Shown: positions 51,441-60,991 of the stretch, piece by piece | Numbering within the stretch: the first letter of the stretch is position 1 | Layout: each line of letters begins with the position of its first letter | NCBI GenBank assembly: GCA_965219575.1 | Contig: OZ244779.1 | Coordinates: forward strand, 588,769-652,768 | Reading direction: 5' to 3' | Length of the DNA: 64,000 nt | From: Candidatus Oxydemutatoraceae bacterium | Lineage (GTDB): Bacteria; Pseudomonadota; Gammaproteobacteria; Poriferisulfidales; Oxydemutatoraceae | Notes under the pieces: model-generated | Databases searched by the model: none | Told to the model about the DNA's origin: nothing | Seen by the model: the letters and a program-made list of their open reading frames with translations, nothing else | Translations under genes and position numbers: made by a program

Positions 51441-54281
51441 TTAGCCGGTATTGCGCATACCCGATGCGATTGCACTGATGGAGCGTAGTACGAGTTCTAG
51501 GTATTCGTGTTCCTCACCGCGTGCTTCGGCATGCTGTTGCGTGCGGCGGTACTTTTTAAGCAACATAATCTGTATGTAATTAATAGGATGTATATAGGGT
51601 TCGCGCCTTTGTAGCGAAAGCATCAGAGAGGGTTGATGTTCCAATAATTGTCCACAGCCACTAACTCGCAATATATAATCGACCGTTTTGTGATACTCGG
51701 CTTCAATAATCTTAAATATTCGCATGGCATTTTCTCGGTCGGAACACAGGTTTGCATATTCCTCGGCAATATCCATATTGGCCTTGGCCAATGCCATCTG
51801 CACATTTTCCATCAAGCTATGGAAAAAAGGCCATTCTTTATACAGGCTCGTTAGTTTTTCCATCTTATCGGCTCGACCTGCTACAAAATCTTCCAGTGCG
51901 CTACCGATTCCGAACCAAGCCGGAAGTGTATGGCGAGATAAAGACCAACCGAATACCCAAGGTATTGCGCGTATAGATTGACGCGACCGATCGGCAGTGC
52001 GACGATGCGTGGGGCGAGACCCGATATTCATTTGACCGATTTCAACAACCGGTGTCGCTTCGTAAAAGTAATCCATTATACCTTCGGTACTATCGATAAG
52101 ATCGCGATAGTAATGCTCGCCCGATTTGCATATTTGAGACATGATTTCCAGATGTTCCTGTTCGTCTCTAGGCTTGGACGAAAGGTCAAAGGAATGTGAT
52201 CTCGCCAGATGCTGGCTCGCATTGATTAATCCGGCGATTGCGGTAGACAAATGATAAATCGCAGCCTCCCGCTTGTTATATTTATAAGACAACACCTCGC
52301 CCTGCTCGGTAATTTTAATTTGGCCGTTCACCGTGCCGGGGGGTTGTGAGGTAATTGCCTCGTATGTCGGTCCGCCGCCGCGCCCGATAGTGCCGCCGCG
52401 TCCGTGAAACAAGCGGCAAGTAATCCTATATTTAATCATCAAACCGATGATGCTTTTCTGCGCTTGGTATAGTTGCCATTTAGATGCAAGAATACCGCCA
52501 TCCTTGCACGAGTCGGAATAACCCAACATAATTTCCTGCAAGCCACCCGAGACTTGTAAAAGTTTGTTGTAGACCGGATTACCGAATAAATCCTCCAGTA
52601 TGTCTTTGGTGCGCGATAAGTCGTCTATCGTTTCAAACAACGGTGAAACATTGATGTTGCAATAAAAATCGCCATCCGAGTTTTTCCCGACCAAACCATT
52701 CATTTTAGCTAACAGGATCACCTCCAATACATCGCCGGCGTTGTGCGTCATAGATACGACATAGTTGCCGATTGCGCCGGGGCTAATCTCGTTCTGCACT
52801 TTTACCATACACTCGAAGACTTCCAGAATACGTTTTGCGTCGTCGCTCAAGCGGCTTTTATCGATGCGCAGTTCGGCATCTTCGTCTATTTTCTTGCTTA
52901 AATAATCCGCCTTTTGTGCCGCAGTCATTGACAAATAGTCGGAACACCCCCATTGTTTCGCTATCTCGGTTATCGCCATTGCGTGTTGTTTGGATTCATC
53001 TCGGACATCCAAACGTGCCAGATAAAAACCGAAGGTTTCAACCAGACGTATCAGGTCTTTCAACTCGGCTTCGGCAATAATACGATCACCGTGATGAAAT
53101 AAGGATTCGGATATTGACCTTAAATCGTCGAGCATTTCGTGTTCGTATCGGTACGCATACTTTCTATCGTCGGCACTCGAACTCCGGCCTTTAATCAATC
53201 GCAATTTGCATCGCAACCGATAAAGGACGACGGATAATTTGCAACGATAAGGCTCCTTGACAAAATTATATCCGGTATCCTTATATGCTTTTTCTACCAC
53301 ACCTTCTTCCTTATCCTTGCGTTGCTCGAGTATAAAATTCTCGGAAAGGTCGACTAGGTTGATTGAGTGCGTCAAAGTGCCTAGGAGTTGCTCGACGCAA
53401 TCTATGTAATGTTCGAGTATTAACATAGATTGTAGTTTCACGGTGTGTATGGTCACCGTCGGTGTTACATAGGGGTTGCCGTCCCTATCGCCGCCGATCC
53501 ACGAACCGAAATTGATGAAACTGGGAATTGTGATTTCCTCTCCCGGATAAACTTCGGCAACTGCGGTTTCCAACATTCTATATACACGGGGCACCGTTTC
53601 GAATAGGGAGGTTTTGTAATAATAGAGTCCGTTGGTAACCTCCAGTTCAACATTGGGCTTGCTCAAACGAACCTCTTCCGTTTTCCACAAAACCCGTATG
53701 TAATTGAATAGCTTGCGCGATAGGTGATCTCTTTCTTCTTTTCCCTCCCTGCTATATAGGTTCTTTTCCATTTGTTCGGCAATCTCGAAGATACGCTTTT
53801 GCAGTTGCATAATCGTGCGTCGCGTCGCCTCGGTCGGATGCGCAGTAAAGACAGGTATATATTTTAGTTTGTTAAAAAGTTTCTGCATGTCGGCAGCGTT
53901 AATGCCTGTTTCTTTAAGTGATGCGAGTACCGCAACGGGTATGCCGGTCTTTAAGCCGGATTTGTCGACCGATGATAGACGCCGATGAACACCTTTATAC
54001 TGACTAATCTCCTCGGCGATATTCGCTAAATTAAAATAAGTGGAAAAGGCCCGAATAATCGTAAAAATCATATCCGGTTCTAAGGTGTCGATTAAGGCAA
54101 CAAGGTCTCGGGTTTTTTTATCGTTTTTCTTTTTGCTCAGACTGATAAATTCTTTGCGCAACTTTTCTATGGTGTTGAATGTACGCGCATCGTTATTTTC
54201 CTGAATAACATCGCCGAGCATCCTGCCTAATAGCTTGACGCGGGCTCGCAGATGGCGGTCGTCGGACATGATAAATGACAT
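51441..54281 (-). CDS. ppc: Phosphoenolpyruvate carboxylase
   Basis: VFTAHPTE, SWIGGDRDGNP, MLGYSDSCKDGG, FHGRGGTIGRGG, GMRNTG end. Confidence 0.98.
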   Translation of the reverse strand: MSFIMSDDRHLRARVKLLGRMLGDVIQENNDARTFNTIEKLRKEFISLSKKKNDKKTRDLVALIDTLEPDMIFTIIRAFSTYFNLANIAEEISQYKGVHRRLSSVDKSGLKTGIPVAVLASLKETGINAADMQKLFNKLKYIPVFTAHPTEATRRTIMQLQKRIFEIAEQMEKNLYSREGKEERDHLSRKLFNYIRVLWKTEEVRLSKPNVELEVTNGLYYYKTSLFETVPRVYRMLETAVAEVYPGEEITIPSFINFGSWIGGDRDGNPYVTPTVTIHTVKLQSMLILEHYIDCVEQLLGTLTHSINLVDLSENFILEQRKDKEEGVVEKAYKDTGYNFVKEPYRCKLSVVLYRLRCKLRLIKGRSSSADDRKYAYRYEHEMLDDLRSISESLFHHGDRIIAEAELKDLIRLVETFGFYLARLDVRDESKQHAMAITEIAKQWGCSDYLSMTAAQKADYLSKKIDEDAELRIDKSRLSDDAKRILEVFECMVKVQNEISPGAIGNYVVSMTHNAGDVLEVILLAKMNGLVGKNSDGDFYCNINVSPLFETIDDLSRTKDILEDLFGNPVYNKLLQVSGGLQEIMLGYSDSCKDGGILASKWQLYQAQKSIIGLMIKYRITCRLFHGRGGTIGRGGGPTYEAITSQPPGTVNGQIKITEQGEVLSYKYNKREAAIYHLSTAIAGLINASQHLARSHSFDLSSKPRDEQEHLEIMSQICKSGEHYYRDLIDSTEGIMDYFYEATPVVEIGQMNIGSRPTHRRTADRSRQSIRAIPWVFGWSLSRHTLPAWFGIGSALEDFVAGRADKMEKLTSLYKEWPFFHSLMENVQMALAKANMDIAEEYANLCSDRENAMRIFKIIEAEYHKTVDYILRVSGCGQLLEHQPSLMLSLQRREPYIHPINYIQIMLLKKYRRTQQHAEARGEEHEYLELVLRSISAIASGMRNTG

Positions 54282-54368
54282 AATAGAAACTCGTTAAAGC
54301 GGTTATTCTAGCAGACAATGAAGTATATGCTCACGATGGGCTAAAACGATTGCTCGTGCATACCGCGT

Positions 54369-54666
54369 GGGACTGTTGAAAAAGTATTTCATGGAGTGGT
54401 AGGGGCGGACTAAAATTAAATTGCCGATTGACCTACCGGCTCAATCGGCGGCTCTGTTCTGCCCGAAACGTATCATGTTTACACGATTAACGCGTTCACC
54501 CATTAATATTATGGAAACCATTATTTGCTGGCGCAAGCGGTTGGTGTCGTGCAGAACGGTACTTAAGGGCAGACACACAGGTCTGCCCCTACGGCTTGGT
54601 GGCTATTATAAATTCATGGCGCAAGCGGTTATGGTTGCACGCTGACGATACTTTTTCAACAGCCCT
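54369..54666. mobile_element. MITE-like TIR element inserted in the 3' end of the transferase gene
   Basis: TIRs; flanks CGCGT/CACGT; paralogous empty site near 55944-55948. Confidence 0.85.
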
Positions 54667-55684
54667 CACGTTTTAATGCAGATAAATTAGGAATGGGAAG
54701 GTAGTTCGGTATGTTTTTATAAAATTTTCCTCTACCATCTAAAGAAATAATTTTGATTGCCGGATTTAAGAATCTAAGCACATCTATAAAATACGAACCT
54801 GTGGTATAAATCAGCGAAGCTCTCGATAAAACCAAAAGATCTATTAAAGCATCCTGCTTTTGTTGATTGCCTGTGTATTCAGATTTTCTGTGTAAGGGAG
54901 TTGTATCATCGGATCGTTGAATATCTATACTAAAAACCCGACCGGGAAATGCAGCGTGGATTTGATCGATAAATTGTGATTGATCGGAACAAGCAAAAAT
55001 ACTACTATGGTCGTCTAAAACCTCTTTAAGATAGGCAATATAGTTCTCTATTTCTATGAATCTATATTCATTCGTGTCGCTCCCACGATAATGAACAGCG
55101 AGCCAGTCTCCTCGCAAATTATTATCAATCCATACATTCGCTTGCTGTTGAAGTTCCTCTTTCACTTTTAGCTTTGAGATTATTTTATGTCCGTACTCGG
55201 GAGGAATTATAGTTCTCGCATACCATATTAATATCTTAGTATCTTTGAAATGTGTAAGGTTTCCCGAAATTTCACGACACTTTTTTTCTGAAGATGTTAA
55301 TAGAGGGTTTTCAAAAAAATCATCGCGCTCGGGAAAATAGAAACCAACATTTATTTGTGCCTTTTCACAAAACCATTTAATCCCGATTACTAAATAAAGC
55401 ATTGTCGATAAAGAGTCCCGTTTTATTTTTATAAAAATAAAGCGTTTTTCATTAATAAGATGTCTGTTGTGTAAAACAAAGCTTCGTACACGACTAAATG
55501 ATTTTTTAATTATTGCAAAATATTTTCTAATCCGGGATTGAATTCCTTGCGTAGACTTTCGGGTTTCATGCCTAAACTTATTCATACACAGTCGGTATTT
55601 GGACGAATGGAATAAAATATAAGCAACCCAAATCCAACGTTTAATTTTAAGCCTAAGCCTAACATCAGAGTTTTTCTGAAACAT
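54656..55684 (-). CDS. Putative fucosyltransferase-like glycosyltransferase, copy A
   Basis: WLAVHYRGSD, FACSD, ALIDLLVLS; AT-rich. Confidence 0.6.
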   Translation of the reverse strand: MFQKNSDVRLRLKIKRWIWVAYILFHSSKYRLCMNKFRHETRKSTQGIQSRIRKYFAIIKKSFSRVRSFVLHNRHLINEKRFIFIKIKRDSLSTMLYLVIGIKWFCEKAQINVGFYFPERDDFFENPLLTSSEKKCREISGNLTHFKDTKILIWYARTIIPPEYGHKIISKLKVKEELQQQANVWIDNNLRGDWLAVHYRGSDTNEYRFIEIENYIAYLKEVLDDHSSIFACSDQSQFIDQIHAAFPGRVFSIDIQRSDDTTPLHRKSEYTGNQQKQDALIDLLVLSRASLIYTTGSYFIDVLRFLNPAIKIISLDGRGKFYKNIPNYLPIPNLSALKREGC

Positions 55685-55762
55685 TTGAGGCTACGATAGA
55701 ATAGATTGTGGCTATATTAGTTTATATCGCTTTTCATGTCAGCCTACGAAAAACTTAAAATA

Positions 55763-55861
55763 TACGCACATCGTTATTTTCCTTAATGACATCGCCCGGC
55801 ATCTTGCCCAATAGCTTGAGCGGGCTCGTAGGTGGCGGTCGTCGGACATGATAAATGACAT
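55763..55861 (-). pseudogene. ppc: Degenerate duplicated 5' fragment of ppc
   Basis: 55763-55915 aligns to 54182-54335 (MSFIMSDDRHLRAR plus upstream DNA) with substitutions and a 1-nt deletion. Confidence 0.9.
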
Positions 55862-55919
55862 AATAAAAACTCGTCAAAGCGGTTATTTTAGCAGGCAACG
55901 CAATATCTGCTCATGAGAG

Positions 55920-56969
55920 CTAATCCCGTCGCTTACGCTTACAACGTTTTAACGCAGATAAATTAGGAATGGGTAGATAGTTCGGTATATTTTTATAAAA
56001 TTTTCCTCTACCGTCTAAAGAAATAATTTTGATTGCCGGATTTAAGAACCTACTCACATCTATAAAATACGAACCTGTAGCATAAATCAGCGAAGCTCTC
56101 GATAAAACCAAAAGATCTATTAAAGCATCCTGCTTTTGTTGATTGCCTGTGTATTCAGATTTTCTGTGTAAGGGAGTTGTATCATCGGATCGTTGAATAT
56201 CTCTGCTAAAAACCCGACCGGGAAATGCAGCGTGGATTTGATCGATAAATTGTGATTGATCGGAACAAGCAAAAATACTACTATGGTCGTCTAAAACCTT
56301 TTTAAGATAGGCAATGTAATTCTCTATTCTTATTACTCTATATTTATTAGCTTTTCTAGCGTCGGTGCCACGATAATGAACAGCGAGCCAGTCTCCTCGC
56401 AAATTATTATCAATCCATACACTCGCTTGCTGTTGAAGTTCTTCTTTTACTTTTAGCTTTGAGATTATTTTATGTCCGTACTCGGAAGGAATCATAGTTC
56501 TTGCACAATATATTAATAGGTTAGTATTTCTGAAATGTGTGAAATTTCCAGAAATTTCACGACACTTTTTTTCTGAAGATGCTAATAGAGAGTTTTCAAA
56601 AAAATCATCACACTCGACAAAATGGAAACCGACATTTATTTGTGCCTTTTCACAAAACCATTTAATCCCGATTACTAAATAAAGCATTGTTGATAAAGAG
56701 TCCCGTTTTATTTTTATAAAAATAAAATGTTTTTCATTGATAAAATGTCTGTTGCGTAAACCAAAGTTTCGCAAACGACCATAGAGTCCTTTAATTATTC
56801 TAGAGTATTGTTCAATCGGGGATCGAGTTCCTCTTTTAGGCTTTCGGGCTTCCTGCTTAAACTGATCCAGATACAGTTGATATTTGGACGAATGGAATAA
56901 AATATAAGCAACCCAAATCCAACGTTTAATTTTAAGCTTAATCTTCAGATTAGAGTTTTTCTGAAACAT
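55920..56969 (-). CDS. Putative fucosyltransferase-like glycosyltransferase, copy B
   Basis: Close paralogue of 54656..55684; VHYRGTD. Confidence 0.6.
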   Translation of the reverse strand: MFQKNSNLKIKLKIKRWIWVAYILFHSSKYQLYLDQFKQEARKPKRGTRSPIEQYSRIIKGLYGRLRNFGLRNRHFINEKHFIFIKIKRDSLSTMLYLVIGIKWFCEKAQINVGFHFVECDDFFENSLLASSEKKCREISGNFTHFRNTNLLIYCARTMIPSEYGHKIISKLKVKEELQQQASVWIDNNLRGDWLAVHYRGTDARKANKYRVIRIENYIAYLKKVLDDHSSIFACSDQSQFIDQIHAAFPGRVFSRDIQRSDDTTPLHRKSEYTGNQQKQDALIDLLVLSRASLIYATGSYFIDVSRFLNPAIKIISLDGRGKFYKNIPNYLPIPNLSALKRCKRKRRD

Positions 56970-57133
56970 TTGATACTACGATAGAATAGATTATTATCAT
57001 ATTAGTTTATGGCACTTGCCATATCAGCGACGAAAAACTTAAATATGTAAGATTGCCGAAAATATTTTATACTGAGTTGATAATGAATAAACCTAATTAC
57101 AGAAAATATAACATAATACACTAAAAAGATTTC

Positions 57134-57616
57134 ATGCGCGCACAGTTCTTAATTGCTATATTGCTCTTTATCTTTTGGTTGACACTATCGGGATACTATA
57201 GTTTCTTAACGATAGCACTCGGTATCGCAAGCGTAGCCCTCGTTATCTATTTATCGACGCGTATGCGCGTCATAGGTACCGGTGAACATCGCCCGACACT
57301 CTATCTAAAGCTACCCGTCTATGCCGTTTGGCTGATTTGGCAAATAATTTTAAGCAACCTGCGAGTCGCATATAGCATCATGCATCCACGCTTACCTATA
57401 AAGCCGCAATATCTAAAAGTAAAACTCGTCGGTAAGCATCCCTTATTACATCTAATACACGCAAACTCCATCACGCTTACCCCCGGCACGATCAGTGCAG
57501 ATATTGAAGACGGCTTTATACATGTGCACGCGTTAAGCGATGCGAATGTCCGTGATCTGCTCGACGGCAAAATGACGGAGAAAATACGATGGCTACAAGG
57601 AAAGCATGATGATTGA
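57134..57616 (+). CDS. mnhE: Na+/H+ antiporter subunit E
   Basis: ANSITLTPGT, VHAL. Confidence 0.93.
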   Translation: MRAQFLIAILLFIFWLTLSGYYSFLTIALGIASVALVIYLSTRMRVIGTGEHRPTLYLKLPVYAVWLIWQIILSNLRVAYSIMHPRLPIKPQYLKVKLVGKHPLLHLIHANSITLTPGTISADIEDGFIHVHALSDANVRDLLDGKMTEKIRWLQGKHDD

Positions 57617-57908
57617 GGTGATGGCGGGCTTGTTGCTATTTGCGATGTTGCTGGTTCTACTGCACGCCACCCTTGCCCGGCAGATATTCGACCAAGTGCT
57701 TGCAATCAATACTTTCGGCACGATTACTATATTATTGATTGTCGTCATCGGCGGGTTGTCGGGACGCGATTATTTCATAGATATCGCATTGCTGTACGCA
57801 CTGGTCAATTTTGTAAGCATCGTTACTCTGTTGCGGCTGTTCGATAAGAAAGGACGGGGTTGGCTATCGTTTTCCGAAACCGAACACGAGAGGGCATCCG
57901 ATGATTGA
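57606..57908 (+). CDS. mnhF: Na+/H+ antiporter subunit F
   Basis: FDQVLAIN, DIALLYALVNF. Confidence 0.9.
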   Translation: MMIEVMAGLLLFAMLLVLLHATLARQIFDQVLAINTFGTITILLIVVIGGLSGRDYFIDIALLYALVNFVSIVTLLRLFDKKGRGWLSFSETEHERASDD

Positions 57909-58182
57909 GATGTTAAGTTGGGGTTTTGCCATAGCCGGCGGCATACTCGTAGTCATTGGTGCCGTCGGTATGTTGCGCATGCCGGATTTTGAAACTCGCT
58001 CACACGCCGCAAGCCTCGTGGATATATTGGGCGCATCGCTGATTATCATTGCGGTGATATTACAATACGGTTGGTCTATAGTCTCGCTAAAACTCGCTTT
58101 GATTATATTGTTCCTAGTAATCACCTCTCCCGTTGCAATACACGCATTGTTCAATATCCACCAATCCAGGAGACCGGAATGA
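57901..58182 (+). CDS. mnhG: Na+/H+ antiporter subunit G
   Basis: GMLRMPDF..RSHAAS, TSPVAIHAL. Confidence 0.92.
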   Translation: MIEMLSWGFAIAGGILVVIGAVGMLRMPDFETRSHAASLVDILGASLIIIAVILQYGWSIVSLKLALIILFLVITSPVAIHALFNIHQSRRPE

Positions 58183-58727
58183 TAGACGACTATATATTCT
58201 TGTTGATCTTGTTGCTACTCGTGGCAACCGCTTTTATTATCGCCCGCACAAAAAATCTGTTCTCGGTCGCTTTTTTAGCCGGCATCTTGAGTCTATTGGC
58301 GTCATCGCTTTATATGATATTACACGCGCCCGATGTCGCTTTTACCGAAGCTGCCGTGGGAGCCGGCATCAGCACCGTACTATTCCTGGAGGCAATCGCT
58401 GCCGTAGGAGAGGAGCGAGTTTATGTTGTAGCGATGAAAATTCCTGCACTCATCTTGTCTTTTGCCGTCGGTGCTTTGGTCTACTATTCTATGCTCGATT
58501 TACCCGCATTGGGTGATGCAGACGCGGCACTGCACGCTTATGTCGCGCGCTATTATTTGGAACATTCAATGCACGATATCGGCATCCCGAATGTGGTGAC
58601 TTCGATATTGGCAAGTTATCGCGGCATGGATACGCTGGGAGAGGTCGCGGTTATTTTCACCGCCGGTGTCGGTGTATTGATTATATTGGGTAGCCGTATA
58701 GTTAAGAGTAAACATAATGATCATTAG
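58179..58727 (+). CDS. Mnh/Mrp DUF4040 + MnhB-related subunit
   Basis: APDVAFTEAAVGAG, PNVVTSILASYRGMDTLGE. Confidence 0.9.
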   Translation: MIDDYIFLLILLLLVATAFIIARTKNLFSVAFLAGILSLLASSLYMILHAPDVAFTEAAVGAGISTVLFLEAIAAVGEERVYVVAMKIPALILSFAVGALVYYSMLDLPALGDADAALHAYVARYYLEHSMHDIGIPNVVTSILASYRGMDTLGEVAVIFTAGVGVLIILGSRIVKSKHNDH

Positions 58728-59142
58728 AAAAAATCCGATAATTCGAGAAACCGTACATACCTCGGTACCGACGATATTGCTCTACGCACTTTATGTGCAA
58801 TTCCACGGCGAATACGGACCGGGTGGCGGTTTTCAAGCCGGCGTGATATTCGCAATCGCTTTGGTGCTTTACGCATTAAGCTATGGTGTAAAAAGGGCTC
58901 GGCGCGTTATCTCTATACGTACCGCACAGATATTGGCAAGTTTTGGGCTCAGCCTTTATATATTAGTCGGCTTTGCGGGCATGGTGATGGGCGGACAGTT
59001 CCTAGACTACTCGGTGCTAATGGAGCAGCCGCTTTCGGCACAACATCTGGGCATCGTACTGATTGAACTCGGGGTCGGCATCACCATAGTCGGGGTTGTA
59101 ATGTTGATATTTTACTTATTAATGGAGGAGGTCGACAAATAA
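58717..59142 (+). CDS. mnhB: Na+/H+ antiporter subunit B
   Basis: HGEYGPGGGFQAG, IELGVGITI. Confidence 0.92.
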   Translation: MIIRKNPIIRETVHTSVPTILLYALYVQFHGEYGPGGGFQAGVIFAIALVLYALSYGVKRARRVISIRTAQILASFGLSLYILVGFAGMVMGGQFLDYSVLMEQPLSAQHLGIVLIELGVGITIVGVVMLIFYLLMEEVDK

Positions 59143-59144
59143 CT

Positions 59145-59510
59145 ATGGATGCTTCTTTTCAACCTTATATGCACTTGCTCATCTCAACACTCCTCGCAAT
59201 AGGGCTTTATATCACGATAGCCTACGATAATCTGATTAAAAAATTAATCGGCATCGGCATATTGCAAACCTCCGTTTTTATTTTTTTCATATCGGCAAGC
59301 ACCGTCGTCGGCAGCACCGCACCGCTATTGTCTCCCGACTATGATGTTTATGCAAACCCCTTGCCCCATGTGCTGATACTCACTGCGATCGTTGTCAATG
59401 TTTCGATGACTGCGGTCGGGCTCGCCTTGATTATCAAAATAAAAAAATCTTCTTCGGCAGAGGCGCAAACGGCACCATCCGAGACCGAAAAGAATTATAC
59501 CTCCGATTAG
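59145..59510 (+). CDS. mnhC: Na+/H+ antiporter subunit C
   Basis: NLIKKLIG, NPLPHVLILTAIVV. Confidence 0.93.
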   Translation: MDASFQPYMHLLISTLLAIGLYITIAYDNLIKKLIGIGILQTSVFIFFISASTVVGSTAPLLSPDYDVYANPLPHVLILTAIVVNVSMTAVGLALIIKIKKSSSAEAQTAPSETEKNYTSD

Positions 59511-59530
59511 GAGCCGTTTCCTAAATCCCG

Positions 59531-60991
59531 ATGCTGATATACATCCCTGTGCTGGTCGTTGCACTGCCGTTGCTTTGCGCACCGCTGTGCTTATTGTTAC
59601 GCAACCCTAAACATCTTTACATTTTGTCTTTGGTCGTCGGCGTCGTGTCGTTTGCGGCGTGTGATTGGATGCTGGCATACATCCCCGATATGGTAACAAT
59701 ACCTTATTACTTAGGCGGCTGGGTACCGCCTTTCGGCATCGCTTATCAGGTTGATTTGTTCAACGCATTGGTGGCTTTCGTATTAAGCATCGTCTTTTTG
59801 GCGGTATTCTTGTATATTCCCAAGAGTTTTGCGGTAGAACTTGCAGAACGGCATCGGTATCCCGTCTACAGTGCATTGTTCATAGTGCAAGCCGGCTTTA
59901 TGGGTGTTGTCGTATCCGACGATTTGTTCAATATCTATGTCTTTTTGGAAATGGCATCGCTCGCCAGCTATGGGTTGACCGCTGCCAGAGGCAAACCGGA
60001 TGACTTGAATGCGGCTTATCAATATCTGTTGTTGGGCACTTTGGGCGCAGTATTTTTATTGCTGGGCATCGGCTATTTGTATGTGTTGAGCGGCACACTA
60101 AATCTGAGCGACCTATCGATGCGTATACCGGCATTGCTGGACACAAAGGCGGGGCTGGCGGCATTGGTCTTTATCGGCGTCGGTTTATTGTTAAAAAGTG
60201 CCATCTTTCCTTTGCATTTATGGTTACCTCGTGTTTATACGCACACGCCGTCGCCGATCAGCGCACTATTTTCCGGGATAAGTAGCAAGGTTGCGCTTTA
60301 TCTGTTAATCCGCTTTTATTTCGATGTGTTCGGCGGCTCTACATTCTCGGCGCACTTGGGCAACATCCTATTGCTTTTGGGTAGCCTTTCTATCTTATTC
60401 GGTTCGTTCGTCGCTTGCCGGCAACAACATCTCAAAAGAATGATGGCTTATTCGAGCATTGCACAACTGGGTTATATCGTCGTTGCGATAGGACTGCTGA
60501 GTGCTGCCGGACTCGGTGCGGCATTGATACATGTGTTTAACCATGCAATTATAAAGTGTATGCTGTTTTTAGCGTTGGGCAGTGTGGTGTATCGTATGGG
60601 AGACTGTACAATCGCCGACCTGCGCGGCTTATCCACGCAAATGCCGTTGACTACTGCGGCATTGGTAATCGGCGGTTTGGGACTCATCGGTATCCCGTTG
60701 ACCTCGGGCTTCATAAGCAAGTGGTATTTAATCGCCGCCGCTCTGGAGGCGGATGCTTGGCATATCGTAATCGTAGTGCTGGTAGGTTCTTTGCTCGGCT
60801 TGGTTTATGTCTGGCGTTTGATAGAAGCCGCTTATTTTGAAAAAGGGCCGTCGGTTGCCGTCGAAGAGGCTCCGATTAGCATGAACATTGCCGTCTATGC
60901 GCTGGTTTTCATTATCATCAATATCGGCATCCTGCCTACTTGGCTAACCGAGATTTGCCTGCAGGTCGGTAATCAGCTGTGGAGGCAATGA
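59531..60991 (+). CDS. mnhD: Na+/H+ antiporter subunit D family
   Basis: GGWVPPFGI, DLFNIYVFLE, FPLHLWLP, KRMMAYSS, SGFISKW. Confidence 0.92.
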   Translation: MLIYIPVLVVALPLLCAPLCLLLRNPKHLYILSLVVGVVSFAACDWMLAYIPDMVTIPYYLGGWVPPFGIAYQVDLFNALVAFVLSIVFLAVFLYIPKSFAVELAERHRYPVYSALFIVQAGFMGVVVSDDLFNIYVFLEMASLASYGLTAARGKPDDLNAAYQYLLLGTLGAVFLLLGIGYLYVLSGTLNLSDLSMRIPALLDTKAGLAALVFIGVGLLLKSAIFPLHLWLPRVYTHTPSPISALFSGISSKVALYLLIRFYFDVFGGSTFSAHLGNILLLLGSLSILFGSFVACRQQHLKRMMAYSSIAQLGYIVVAIGLLSAAGLGAALIHVFNHAIIKCMLFLALGSVVYRMGDCTIADLRGLSTQMPLTTAALVIGGLGLIGIPLTSGFISKWYLIAAALEADAWHIVIVVLVGSLLGLVYVWRLIEAAYFEKGPSVAVEEAPISMNIAVYALVFIIINIGILPTWLTEICLQVGNQLWRQ

